Assembly (NCBI GenBank): GCA_963845565.1
Contig: CAWJSJ010000004.1
Span: forward strand, 64,001-128,000
Source: an uncultured Methylomirabilota bacterium
Lineage (GTDB): Bacteria > Methylomirabilota > Methylomirabilia > Methylomirabilales > 2-02-FULL-66-22
DNA length: 64,000 nt
Direction of reading: 5' to 3'
The position numbers and the translations under genes were made by a program. Positions within the stretch are counted from its first letter, which is position 1. Each line of letters begins with the position of its first letter. Positions 28,551 through 38,410 of this stretch are shown in pieces. Under the pieces are notes generated by a model. The model was given only the letters and a program-made list of their open reading frames with translations. It was not told where the DNA came from and made no database searches.

Positions 28551-28579
28551 TTGACTCGCGTCACGTGACGCGTTACACT
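28551..28579 (+). promoter_or_regulatory. higBA promoter with palindromic operator
   Basis: TTGACT-17-TACACT; spacer contains the perfect 16-bp palindrome CGCGTCACGTGACGCG. Confidence 0.8.
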
Positions 28580-28585
28580 CCCCTC

Positions 28586-28867
28586 ATGATCAAGACGTTC
28601 GCGGACAAGCGCACGAAGGATCTCTACGACACCGGTCGGGCCAAACGCTTCCCGCCGGATGTGGCAGGTCGCGCAGCCCGCACGCTCGAGTATGTGGACC
28701 TCGCGACCCAGATCGACGACCTGAAGGTTCCACCCGGGAATCGGTTCCACGCACTGGAAGTCGACGGTAAAGGCCAGTACTCGATATCCATCAACGACCA
28801 GTGGCGTATCTGCTTCCGGTTCGTCGACGGGGACGCCTACGACGTCGGGGTCTGTGACTACCACTGA
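28586..28867 (+). CDS. higB: HigB/RelE-family toxin
   Basis: MIKTFADK, DLKVPPGNRFHAL, GQYSISINDQWRICF, DYH. Confidence 0.92.
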   Translation: MIKTFADKRTKDLYDTGRAKRFPPDVAGRAARTLEYVDLATQIDDLKVPPGNRFHALEVDGKGQYSISINDQWRICFRFVDGDAYDVGVCDYH

Positions 28868-28880
28868 GACGAGGTGTGAG

Positions 28881-29195
28881 ATGAGCATCGCCAACACAGG
28901 ACCCATGAAGCGCCGTCCCACCCATCCGGGCGAGATGCTGCGCGAGGACTTCCTCCCGGACTACGGCCTGACCGTGTCCGGGCTCGCTAACGCCATCGGT
29001 GTGTCGCGCCAGTCGGTCAACGACCTACTGCGCGGGCGTCGTGCCGTGAGTCCGGAGATGGCACTGCGCCTCGGCAAGCTGTTTGGGAACTCGCCGGAGT
29101 TCTGGCTCAACGCCCAGCGCGCCGTCGACCTATGGGACGCGGCCCAGGCGATCAAGGACAACGTCGCCGGCATCAAGACGCTGAGTGTCGCCTGA
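28881..29195 (+). CDS. higA: HigA antitoxin (HTH)
   Basis: PTHPGEMLREDFL, SPEMALRL, SPEFWLNAQ. Confidence 0.92.
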   Translation: MSIANTGPMKRRPTHPGEMLREDFLPDYGLTVSGLANAIGVSRQSVNDLLRGRRAVSPEMALRLGKLFGNSPEFWLNAQRAVDLWDAAQAIKDNVAGIKTLSVA

Positions 29196-29290
29196 CAAGC
29201 GCCTGACCCGCGACTACCCGCGGGCCGGAAGAGCAGCCTGAGCGGGGAGCGTGCGCCGGCCGCGGGTTGCGGTTTACGCACCCGTTGGCT
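29190..29290 (+). repeat. attC-like site after higA
   Basis: GCCTGAC overlapping the stop, CCGCGGGCCGG/CCGGCCGCGG inner stem, CCC-GTTGGCT. Confidence 0.6.
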
Positions 29291-29651
29291 TCGACGGTCG
29301 GAGACGGATTCTGCAGCGTCTCAGAAGGGACTGATGTAGGTTTCTCCCATGGGTTCTGTCCGGAATGCTATGCGGAGGAGATGAAGACTGTGCGGAAAAT
29401 GAGGGGAGAGGCATAACGCCGACTCCTATGCGGACCGCCGATCATCACGCTGCACGGGCTCGGCCCGGAGGCGACTTGGACGATTCGGCCTCTGGTCGCA
29501 GGCGGGGTGTGGTGGAGGCGGGGTGGCGGCACCCGCGTCCGGCAGTCGTCACGCCTACACTGCGCTCCGGCGCGACGCCGGAGCCGCCGCGCCGTTCGGC
29601 CTGAACCAACACCGGGGAACTTGCCGTTCCCATCGCGAAGGAGAGCGACCA

Positions 29652-30455
29652 GTGTCGGAAACCAAGGAACAGATTGCCTCGGCCATTATCAGAGCCCGTA
29701 GGGAGTTGGAGGAGGCGCTGTATGAGCTGGAGAAACTCCCGGCGGTGAGTCAAAGTTCTGTCAGTTTTGTCGCACACGCACTGAACAACTATCTCAACAT
29801 CACAGCGGGCACGGTCGAACTACTCTTGTTGTCGCTGGCGGACCATCCCAACCCTCAAATTCGCACCGGGCTGGAGGCATTGCAGCAGGCAACCAACTTG
29901 ATGATGCACACCGTCAGCCAACTGATGATGACCTCGAATGGCGCGGACGGCGAGCTGCGATTTGACCAAGTGGATCTGTCGATCCTGGTCAAGCGCTTCT
30001 CCACCTATTATCAACGCATTGCGGATCGGAAACAGATTCGTTGCCTCCTGGAAACCACGGGCGATGTTCCCCCGGTGCGCACGGATCGGGTGACGGTCGC
30101 CGTGGTGTTGGATAACCTGTTTTCGAACGCGGTGAAGTACTCCCCGCCCGGAAAGGTTATCCGGGTCCGCGTATCTGCCGATCGGGACGGGGTGGTCTGC
30201 AGTGTCCGGGACGAAGGCCCAGGCCTGAGCCAAGAAGACCAGGCCAAACTGTTCCAGCGGGGCGTGCAGTTGACCCCCAAGCCCACGGCCGGAGAGTCGT
30301 CAGCCGGGTACGGCTTGGCGGTAGCCAAGGAGTTCATCGAACGATTGGGGGGCACCATCTGGTGTGAGAGCGTTTTGGGCCAGGGCGCATGTTTCTCATT
30401 TCGACTGCCCCGCGGCGAAGCGCACGCCCACGGAGAACTGAATCGGTCCTCCTAG
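29652..30455 (+). CDS. Short histidine kinase (HisKA + HATPase, no sensor domain)
   Basis: VAHALNNYL, NLFSNAVKYS, DEGPG, GYGLAV. Confidence 0.85.
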   Translation: MSETKEQIASAIIRARRELEEALYELEKLPAVSQSSVSFVAHALNNYLNITAGTVELLLLSLADHPNPQIRTGLEALQQATNLMMHTVSQLMMTSNGADGELRFDQVDLSILVKRFSTYYQRIADRKQIRCLLETTGDVPPVRTDRVTVAVVLDNLFSNAVKYSPPGKVIRVRVSADRDGVVCSVRDEGPGLSQEDQAKLFQRGVQLTPKPTAGESSAGYGLAVAKEFIERLGGTIWCESVLGQGACFSFRLPRGEAHAHGELNRSS

Positions 30456-30627
30456 GGCGGCCATCGGCGGCGAGGAGAACCCTGCATCCCCGGTGTGAAC
30501 GGATTCGCCGGAGGTTTTCCTTGACTCCGACTCGGTCTCAAGGGTAGAAGATCCGAGGTCGGTTTGTTTGCAAGCGGCGGTTCTCATCGGTTCACGTGGC
30601 GGTACGAGACGTCGGGAGGAGAGTCGG

Positions 30628-31146
30628 ATGGCGATCAGGTTGGACGAGGCGATCCAAACAGCCCTGACCTTCGAGAACAAGGTCCTGAAGGTGTACCAGG
30701 ATGCGGCTGTCAAGATAGCCGATCCGGTCGGGAAGAAGGTCTTCCAGCAACTGGCGACCGAGGAGGCGGGGCACGTCGCCTATCTGCAGAGTCGCCTGGC
30801 GGAGTGGACCAAGAGCGGCCACCTCGATCTGGCCGAGATCACGACGATGGTGCCGAGCAAAGAGCGGATCGCTGCAGGGCGCCAGCAGGTGGCGAAGTCC
30901 ATGCGGGGGAGTCGTCCCGCGACCTCGGAGGTCGAGCATCTCCAGCGAGCCCTGGCCGCCGAGAAGGAAACGTCCGCCTTCTACCAGAGAATGGTGGCCG
31001 AACTCTCGGGCGAACGGCAGCGACTCTTTGCCCGCTTCCTGGAGATCGAGGAAGGGCACGTCGCCATCGTCCAGGCCGAGATCGACGCGGTGAGCGGGTC
31101 CGGGTTCTGGTTCGACATGAAGGAGTTCGACCTGGAGAAAGGTTGA
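30628..31146 (+). CDS. Rubrerythrin/ferritin-like protein
   Basis: Two E..EExxH motif sets (LATEEAGH, LEIEEGH). Confidence 0.85.
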   Translation: MAIRLDEAIQTALTFENKVLKVYQDAAVKIADPVGKKVFQQLATEEAGHVAYLQSRLAEWTKSGHLDLAEITTMVPSKERIAAGRQQVAKSMRGSRPATSEVEHLQRALAAEKETSAFYQRMVAELSGERQRLFARFLEIEEGHVAIVQAEIDAVSGSGFWFDMKEFDLEKG

Positions 31147-31204
31147 AGCCACGGTCCCGGCCGCAGGAGCGAGGCACGGAGAGCACTCGCCGGGCGCTCC
31201 GCGC

Positions 31205-32200
31205 CTACGCGTTCGCCCCGTCTCGCAGCCACGCCAGAATGTCGTTCCGGCTCGCCGCCAACCCCTTGTACCGCAACGCCTCGGCGCTCATTGACTCGAT
31301 CGTGGCGCAGAGCGGCTCGCGAAGCCCTGCTTCCTTCCGGATCTCCTCCCCGTCTCGGAACGAGATGCGCACCGCCAGAAGGGCGGCCTCCTGCGCGGGA
31401 AATCCCCACAGGACCTCGCGCTCGACGCGCAAGAAGAGCTGGGGATTCTGCGGGTCGAAGGGGCGCTCCTGCCACGCCTCTGGAGCGATCCCGGGCGGCG
31501 GCTCGCGGTGGTGGTTCAGCCGCGTGTCCGTGCAGAGCTCCCACACGAAGCGCGTGAACGGCCCGAACTGAACCATGTTGGTCACCATGCCAGGCTTCCG
31601 GAAGGTCTCCATGCCGGGAACGGCGAGGTGCATGGTCACGAAGTCCAGGCCGATCTTCTCCTCCGCCGTCCAACGATACGGAAAACACAGATGGATGGCG
31701 CTCGCCCAGTCCTTCTTGGCCACGCGGCGTACTACGGCCAGGTCTTCCTGGACCTGGGCGGCCAAGGCATCGAAGGGATCGGCGTACGGCGGGTCTGCAT
31801 CGCCTCCGGTGACGCGTTGCATTTCCGCGTCGAAGCGCAACGTTTCGTCCGTTAGGGCGCAGCACAGCGTCAACGCACCGCCGTCTTCCGCCAGGGTGAA
31901 CAGTTGCGGATATTCCTCGGCCAGGCGTCGGGCGATGAAGCGACACACGACGCCGGCCACCTCGGGCGCGAACTCGCGGGTCTGGTAATATTTCCCGAGG
32001 CGCTCCGCGCGGGCCGCCTGTTTGACCTTCCGATACTCCGCAAACCCCGCATCGAACTGGAAGACCCGCGTGTCGGCCGCCCCGTTCCCAAAGTCCGTTC
32101 CCAACGGAACCAGCCCGGGCTTGACATCGTATTTGCCGCTGGCCGGGGGAAAGTACATGGCTGCGGTCGACGGCAACGCGATCCTATGCGGTTCGCTCAT
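31205..32200 (-). CDS. DUF3445 / heme-dependent oxidative N-demethylase alpha-subunit-like protein
   Basis: VQEDL, LCFP.RW..EEKIG, HLAVPG, FLRVERE. Confidence 0.78.
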   Translation of the reverse strand: MSEPHRIALPSTAAMYFPPASGKYDVKPGLVPLGTDFGNGAADTRVFQFDAGFAEYRKVKQAARAERLGKYYQTREFAPEVAGVVCRFIARRLAEEYPQLFTLAEDGGALTLCCALTDETLRFDAEMQRVTGGDADPPYADPFDALAAQVQEDLAVVRRVAKKDWASAIHLCFPYRWTAEEKIGLDFVTMHLAVPGMETFRKPGMVTNMVQFGPFTRFVWELCTDTRLNHHREPPPGIAPEAWQERPFDPQNPQLFLRVEREVLWGFPAQEAALLAVRISFRDGEEIRKEAGLREPLCATIESMSAEALRYKGLAASRNDILAWLRDGANA

Positions 32201-32249
32201 GGCATTACCCCTTGTGTGTTCGCGAGACTGGGCGCACTCCGATGGGCGC

Positions 32250-33695
32250 TCACGCCAGCCCGTACTCGGCCCAGCGGCGGTCGACCAGTTCTTTGATCCG
32301 CGGGTCCATCATGATCTCGTCCGGCCAGGGCCGGGTGAAGCCCTCCTCGGGCCATTTCCGCGTGGCGTCGATTCCCATCTTGGAGCCGTATTTCGGGAGG
32401 CGGCTCGCGTGGTCCAGGGTCTCCACCGGGCCCAGGACGAACTCGGTATCCCGCTCCGGGTCGATATGGTTGAGGGCCTTCCAGGTGACCTCGGAATAGT
32501 CGCGGATATTCACGTCTCGATCCACCACGACGATGACCTTAGTCACCATTGCCTGGCCCAGGCCCCACAGGGCGTGCATCACCTTGCGCGCGTGGCCGGG
32601 GTACTGTTTGTCAATGCGCACCAGAACCAGGTTGTGGAAAATCCCCTCGAAGGGCATGTGGAAGTCCACAATCTCGGGGAGCTGCTTCTTCATGATGGGC
32701 AGGAAGAGCGTCTCGATGGCAGCGGCCATGTGGCAATCCTCCATGGGCGGCCGCCCGACGATGGTGGTGTGGTAGATCGGGTTCCTGCGGTGTGTGAGGC
32801 AGGTCAAATGGAACACGGGGTAGGTGTCGGCCAGTGAGTAATAGCCGGTATGGTCGCCGAAGGGGCCCTCGGTGCGCAACTCCTCGGTGTCCACGTATCC
32901 TTCCAGGACGATCTCGGCATTGCCCGGCACTTCGACATCCACCGTCTCGCACTTGACCATCTCCACCGGTTTCTTGCGGATGAATCCCGCCACCAGCATC
33001 TCGTCGATGCCCTCCGGCAGCGGCAGCGTTCCGGCGAAGCAGACGGCCGGATCGGCGCCGATGGCCACCCCCACCTCGACCCGGCGTCCGCGGTGCTTTG
33101 CCTTGCGGTAGTGGGCGGCGCCGCCCTTCTGGACGTGCCAGTGCATGCCGGTGGTCCGCTCGTCGAAAAGCTGCATGCGATAGGTGCCGCAGTTCCGCAC
33201 GCCCGTCTCCGGGTCCTTGGTGAAGACGAGCGGGAAAGTGATATACCGGCCGGCGTCCTGCGGCCAGCATTGGAGGACGGGGATGCCCGCGAGGGACGGC
33301 GTGTCCCGCACGATCACCTCCTTGCAGGGACCGTCCTTGACGGTTTTCGGAAAGGCGCTCGCCAGCTCCTGGAGTTTGGGGAGCATCATAAGCTTGCTCA
33401 GCAGGCCCTGGGGCGGCTTGAGGTCCAGGATCTCCTGTAACCCGTCCGCGAGGTCCGTCAGAGAGTTCACTCCGAAGGCGAGACTCATCCGGGCCGGGCT
33501 GCCGAAGGCGTTGATCAGGACGGGCATGGAGGAGCCCTTCACCCGTTCGAACAGCAGCGCCGGTCCGCCCCGCTTGCTGACGCGATCCGTGATCTCGGTG
33601 ATCTCCAGCGCCGGGTCCACCTCGGCGCGGATGCGCCGGAGCTCGCCGGCTCGCTCCAGGACGGCGATGAACTCGCGCAAGTCAGCATGGGCCAT
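32250..33695 (-). CDS. ubiD: UbiD-family decarboxylase (menaquinone MqnL-like)
   Basis: DLREFI, GPALLFE, RNCGTYRMQ, EGPFGDHTGYY, GSKMGIDAT. Confidence 0.92.
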   Translation of the reverse strand: MAHADLREFIAVLERAGELRRIRAEVDPALEITEITDRVSKRGGPALLFERVKGSSMPVLINAFGSPARMSLAFGVNSLTDLADGLQEILDLKPPQGLLSKLMMLPKLQELASAFPKTVKDGPCKEVIVRDTPSLAGIPVLQCWPQDAGRYITFPLVFTKDPETGVRNCGTYRMQLFDERTTGMHWHVQKGGAAHYRKAKHRGRRVEVGVAIGADPAVCFAGTLPLPEGIDEMLVAGFIRKKPVEMVKCETVDVEVPGNAEIVLEGYVDTEELRTEGPFGDHTGYYSLADTYPVFHLTCLTHRRNPIYHTTIVGRPPMEDCHMAAAIETLFLPIMKKQLPEIVDFHMPFEGIFHNLVLVRIDKQYPGHARKVMHALWGLGQAMVTKVIVVVDRDVNIRDYSEVTWKALNHIDPERDTEFVLGPVETLDHASRLPKYGSKMGIDATRKWPEEGFTRPWPDEIMMDPRIKELVDRRWAEYGLA

Positions 33696-33909
33696 CACGC
33701 CCTCCTCGATGGATGCCGGGTCAGCAACGAAAGGCCGGCGCGCGGTGGGCGCCCACCGCACACGGCGGCGACACTGTACCACATCACGGGCCGGGCTGGA
33801 AAGCGGGGCGCCGGTGCGGCTTTCCGCTTGACACCTCGGTTTGTCCTCGCGTAGCATCGCCCGCAAGTTCTCGAATCCTGTGGGCGTTTCGCCCGGCAAA
33901 GGAATAAGC

Positions 33910-34665
33910 GTGCGCGCCATCATTCTCGCCGCCGGTGTGGGGTGGCAGCCCAAACCCCGCGCGGAAGCCGCGCCCAAGTGCCTTCTGGACATCGGCGGGA
34001 AAACGCTCCTGCGCCGGTATCTGGAGGCCCTCGCTGCCCTGGGGGTTTCCGAAGCCGTCCTGGTGGTGGGACTCCACAAGGAGCAAGTGATCGCCGAGGC
34101 GGCCACCGGACCCGCCACGGTGCGTGTTCGGGTCGTGGAGAACGATCGCTATCAGCGGGGAAGTATCCTCTCGTTGTGGCAAGCGCGGGACGAGTTTGAT
34201 GATGATGTCCTGATCATGGATGCCGGTCCGCTGTATCCGCACGAGCTCTTGGCACGTCTGCTCGCCACTCCCGATGCCAACGCCATCGCGGTGGACGAAC
34301 AGTGCCGGGACACCGGCGAGGTGAAAAAGGTCGTCTGCGAGGACGGCTGGGTCGTCGAGGTCAGCAAGAAGATCTCGCATGGTGCCCGCGTCCGCGGCGA
34401 GGCGGTTGGTATCGTCCGCTTGTCGGCGGAGGCCGCGGAGATTCTCCGGGGCATCCTGGAGGAGTTCATCGAGACCGGCAAGGATTCCGGGGAGTACGAG
34501 GAGGCCTTCCGAGAGCTGGCCGGGGAAGTTCCCATCGGTGTGGTCGAGGTCGGAGACCTCCCCTGGGTCGAAATCGATTCTCGAGAACACCTCGCCCGTG
34601 CCCAAGACGAAATCCTCCCCAAGGTCGACCGCCTGGATCGGGGCGAGGCCGTCCCTGCCCCGTAG
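33910..34665 (+). CDS. Phosphocholine cytidylyltransferase-like NTP transferase
   Basis: RAIILAAGVG..PKCLL, WVEIDS. Confidence 0.8.
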   Translation: MRAIILAAGVGWQPKPRAEAAPKCLLDIGGKTLLRRYLEALAALGVSEAVLVVGLHKEQVIAEAATGPATVRVRVVENDRYQRGSILSLWQARDEFDDDVLIMDAGPLYPHELLARLLATPDANAIAVDEQCRDTGEVKKVVCEDGWVVEVSKKISHGARVRGEAVGIVRLSAEAAEILRGILEEFIETGKDSGEYEEAFRELAGEVPIGVVEVGDLPWVEIDSREHLARAQDEILPKVDRLDRGEAVPAP

Positions 34666-34873
34666 CGCGGGCCCTCCTTCCTGTGGTCGTTCCCTGGGTC
34701 ACCACCGTCGGGCTTCCGACCATTTCCCGTGCCGCGAATCCCGGTCCGTCCGGTGCCGACCGCCATGCGTTTTCCAGCCGCGCTGAATCCATCCGTGGGT
34801 CAAGGACGGGGAGACGAAGGCGTGAGAGGGAGCAGGGACGGTGATGCCGGGGGACGGTGGCTGGGCGGCCGGT

Positions 34874-35152
34874 CCCCCCGGCCAGGGGGGTGAACACATC
34901 AACGGTGGCTTTGTCCGGGATCACGGAGTCGAGCGCCAGAAAATCCCCGTTCATGAGGACGGCGGCCAGGTTGTTGAACGCGTCCTGGGTCAGGCCGCAG
35001 CGGAAAACCTGGAGGCGAAAACCCGGATGCTCTGCGGCGAGACGATGGAGGACCTCGCGAAGCGTGAGGCGGCCTTCCCAGTGCACGGTCACGGTGCGCT
35101 GTCCGATCCAGTCCCTGAACGGACTCGAGAACCAGAACGTCGCTTCCGGCAT
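34874..35152 (-). CDS. MoaD/ThiS ubiquitin-like sulfur carrier (no stop after Gly-Gly)
   Basis: 93-aa beta-grasp pattern ending TPLAGG. Confidence 0.7.
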
Positions 35153-35247
35153 GGACACTCCGGCTGGTTTAGGATAGGTTGGAAATCAAGCGGAAAGGCG
35201 GCCAGGCGGCCGACCGGCGCCCGAAGACGCCATCACCGGATTCGGCA

Positions 35248-35351
35248 AGCCGTTGGTAAAGAATTAGTTGAGCGGAGACATTCTGAAACGGCATAAGGAG
35301 CCGTAACGAAATAGAAAGAGATGTATAGGTTATTTCGTAACGGCTCCTAAG
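35248..35351. repeat. ~104-bp AT-rich double-hairpin element, copy 2
   Basis: Near-identical to 7575-7678. Confidence 0.85.
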
Positions 35352-35400
35352 TGTGCAACGCACGTGCTCCCACGCATTCGGAGCCGTAATGGAGGGTGAC

Positions 35401-35709
35401 ATGGCAACTCCGGAAACCCCGGCGCAACCGCGGCAACAGCTCCAGGTGACCACCGGCGATGAGTTGTCGCGAGGACACTTCAGCAACAATCTCCTGATCG
35501 CCCACAGCAACGAGGAATTCATCCTGGACTGGATCCTGAACTCGCCCAGTGGGATGCACCTGGTGTCGCGGATCGTCGTGACTCCCGGCCACGCAAAGCG
35601 CATCATCGGCGCGCTGACCGAGAACCTGCGCCGGTACGAGCAGACGTTCGGCCCGATCAGCGCCTTCGACGCTCCCGATCAGAAATTCCATCAAACCGGC
35701 CGCGCCTGA
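35401..35709 (+). CDS. DUF3467-family protein
   Basis: GHFSN, EEFILD, SRIVVTPGHAKR, YEQTFG. Confidence 0.8.
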   Translation: MATPETPAQPRQQLQVTTGDELSRGHFSNNLLIAHSNEEFILDWILNSPSGMHLVSRIVVTPGHAKRIIGALTENLRRYEQTFGPISAFDAPDQKFHQTGRA

Positions 35710-35770
35710 CGACTCCTCCCGCGATCCGCGGCCGGATCTCGCGGCGGCCAGGTGGCCGGTGTGGCCGTGG

Positions 35771-36772
35771 CTAATTGCGGGGGGCGCCACCGATGGCGTG
35801 CCGGTCGACGGTCCGGACGCCGATCACCTGGAATTTCCCATCGCGCACGATGACGACCTTGACCTCTGTCCCGACGTCTGTCTTCCAGATCTTTCGATAG
35901 AAATCTTCCTGGCTCTCCACCTTTTCCCCGTTCAAGCGGATGATGACATCGCCCCGCTCGAACCCAGCCTCGATGGCAGGACCCGAGGGGGATGCGCCCG
36001 CCACGACCAACCCCTCCGCCGCCTCCACCGTGTAGAGCCCGAGCCAGGGGCGGGGCGGCCGGCTCTTGACGCGACCCTCGCGAAGCAGTTCCTCCCGCAC
36101 GGCGATGAAATACTCGATGGGAATGGCCAGGTTCACGTGGGGCGGGTCGCCGAGTCGGAGCGAGGTGACCCCGATGACCTCGCCTTGGGGATTGATCAAC
36201 GGGCTACCGCCGAAGGACGGATTCGCGGGGCTCACGATGAAGGCCCGCTCCAGCAGGTATTCCCAGTACCCGGTGAAGCGCTTGATCTCCCGAATGGTGC
36301 CCTGGGTGGCCGTCAGGGCGTTCTCGCTGTCCACGCCGACGATGGCCACCGGATCCCCCACGCCGACCGTCGCGGAATTCCCCAGGGGGGCGTGCGGCCA
36401 GGGCCCCGCCCCTTCGAGCTTGGCGATTCCGATGCCGCTCTCGAAGTCCTGTCCGACGAATCGGGCGGACACCGTGCGGCCGTCCCGCAGCGACACCTGG
36501 ATGAGCGCGGCGTCCGTCAGGATGTACCCGACCGTGGCGACATACCCGGCGGGGTCGAAGATGACGCCGCTCCCGGCGCGCACCGGACCGAGGGTGAGCA
36601 CCGAGGGTCGGTCGAGTGGAATCTTCGTCTGGATCCCGACCACGGCAGGGGCCACGCGCTGGACATAGGCCGGAGTGGTCGGGCTGAGCACCGGTGCTTG
36701 GTCTCGCTGGGCGACGGCAGGGATCACGGGAACGAGCAAAGCGGCGAGCAGTGCGGCGGCGGCATTATTCAT
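35771..36772 (-). CDS. HtrA/S1C trypsin-like protein with PDZ domain; catalytic residues degenerate
   Basis: GSGVI, GG.PLIN..GEVIGV, PWLG, GDVI. Confidence 0.82.
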   Translation of the reverse strand: MNNAAAALLAALLVPVIPAVAQRDQAPVLSPTTPAYVQRVAPAVVGIQTKIPLDRPSVLTLGPVRAGSGVIFDPAGYVATVGYILTDAALIQVSLRDGRTVSARFVGQDFESGIGIAKLEGAGPWPHAPLGNSATVGVGDPVAIVGVDSENALTATQGTIREIKRFTGYWEYLLERAFIVSPANPSFGGSPLINPQGEVIGVTSLRLGDPPHVNLAIPIEYFIAVREELLREGRVKSRPPRPWLGLYTVEAAEGLVVAGASPSGPAIEAGFERGDVIIRLNGEKVESQEDFYRKIWKTDVGTEVKVVIVRDGKFQVIGVRTVDRHAIGGAPRN

Positions 36773-36947
36773 GGCGATCCTCCCCGGGAAAGTCTAGCGC
36801 ACGAGCCCGTTCGAGAAAAGCCCATGCTTCCAGGAGCGCTGTGCGCCCCCCGGCTTTGCCCCGGCGGGTCGGGTTCTGTCGGCGCCTGGTGTCGCTCGCG
36901 CCGCCGACCGGGGCGGAAACCTCGGGAAGGGGCCGCGGGCTCCGCCG

Positions 36948-37259
36948 CTACGTCAGCGGGCGCGGGGCGGCGTCAGGCGGCGATTTGGGCGCGAGGACGT
37001 CGGGCGGTCGGGGCGTGCGCAGGGCATCCAGCTCTTTCGCCTGCTGCCGCAGTCGCCGCCGATCCCGAAACCAGCTCGGGAGGCTGACCAGCGAGGCCAT
37101 GACCGCGCCGACCGCGGCGGCGACCAGGATGATGACCACCAGGGACATTTCCAACGACCAGAACCCGAAGCGGACCGTGACCGGCCCGGCGTTCTGCACG
37201 GCGAAGATGGCAACGCCGGTGGCCAGGAGCAGAAAAGCAATCAGAGCGGTCTGTCCCAC
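36948..37259 (-). CDS. LapA/DUF1049-family membrane protein
   Basis: IFAVQN..PVTVRF..W, second TM helix, coiled tail. Confidence 0.8.
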   Translation of the reverse strand: MGQTALIAFLLLATGVAIFAVQNAGPVTVRFGFWSLEMSLVVIILVAAAVGAVMASLVSLPSWFRDRRRLRQQAKELDALRTPRPPDVLAPKSPPDAAPRPLT

Positions 37260-37421
37260 GGTGCGTTCCTCCTCCGCGCGAGTGGATGACCAAAGGCTAG
37301 CATAGCCGATGGGGCGACGCAAGGCGAACGACCGGCCCCGGCACCGCCGCGAAAGACTTGGGCTTGTCTCGGCACGAGAGAATGTCTATGCTAGGCGCCC
37401 GGTCACCGTGCGGAGGCAGGA

Positions 37422-38279
37422 ATGGCAGAACCGAGGTGGTGGTTGGGACGGGTGATCAGCGATTTCGCCCGCCGCCTGCGCCAGTACGATCTGATGATGA
37501 TGGCAGCCGCCATCGCCTTTTATTGGCTGCTGGGCATCATCCCGATTCTGCTGCTCGGCGGTTCCATCACCGGGTACGTGCTCGGCTCCTCCGACCGGGG
37601 AGTGGACGAGGTGATGACGCTGGCGCGCCGCCTGATCCCTAGGGCGACCGGCCGCGACGTGGAGGATTTCCTCCGTCCCCTCATCCAGAGCCGGCACATC
37701 ACCGGTGTCCTGGGTATCGGGTTCCTGCTCTGGGTGGCCATGGGGGTCTTCGAGGCGATCGCCTCGTCACTCACGGCGCTCAGCGGTGGGCGGGAGAGCC
37801 GATCCTATCTCCGGCGAAAACTGGTCGCCTTGGTGCTGATGGGCACCGCCGGGATGCTGTTCATCTCGGCGCTGATGGGTGGGTGGATCCTCGCCGCGTG
37901 GCCGGAGATCGAGATTCTGATCGGCGCCCGCATCGTCCTGCCTCCGTTCTTGACCCACCCCAGTTTCCCGCGGTACTTTACCTCCATCCTCATGACGTTG
38001 CTCCTCACCATCGTGTATCGGGTCGCCCCGGTCCGGGCCATCCGCTGGCCCTGGGCCATCACCGGGGCGACGGTGGCGGCGTTGCTCTGGCACCAAGCGC
38101 GGACGCTTTTCAACTGGTACCTGATCCACTACGCGCGTTATAACCTGTTCTACGGGATCCTGGGCGGTTTCATCGGCCTGGTACTGTGGATCTACTACAC
38201 GGCAATCATTCTACTGATCGGCGGCATGCTGGCGGACGTCCTCGATCGTGCGGGCCGGCCTGGCCGGAATCGCACCTAG
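37422..38279 (+). CDS. YihY/BrkB-family membrane protein
   Basis: AAAIAFY, YNLFYGILGG..LWIY. Confidence 0.87.
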   Translation: MAEPRWWLGRVISDFARRLRQYDLMMMAAAIAFYWLLGIIPILLLGGSITGYVLGSSDRGVDEVMTLARRLIPRATGRDVEDFLRPLIQSRHITGVLGIGFLLWVAMGVFEAIASSLTALSGGRESRSYLRRKLVALVLMGTAGMLFISALMGGWILAAWPEIEILIGARIVLPPFLTHPSFPRYFTSILMTLLLTIVYRVAPVRAIRWPWAITGATVAALLWHQARTLFNWYLIHYARYNLFYGILGGFIGLVLWIYYTAIILLIGGMLADVLDRAGRPGRNRT

Positions 38280-38410
38280 CGCGGCGGCGCCGCTCGAGGC
38301 CGGGACCGTGACTGTTTCCTCGATTACGCCGGCGCTCACGGAGCGGGGTAGAAACACAGTGGCGCGACATGCCCTGCCGGGATAAGCTCTGGGCGAGGAG
38401 GGGTCATCTT

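Larger units (their letters stand above)
24583..29290 (+). mobile_element. Integron gene cassette array (about 7 cassettes)
   Basis: Complementary core pairs GTTAGGCC/GGCCTAAC, GTTAGCAC/GTGCTAAC, GTTCGAC/GTCGAAG; unrelated co-oriented genes of differing base composition; TA cassette. Confidence 0.85.
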
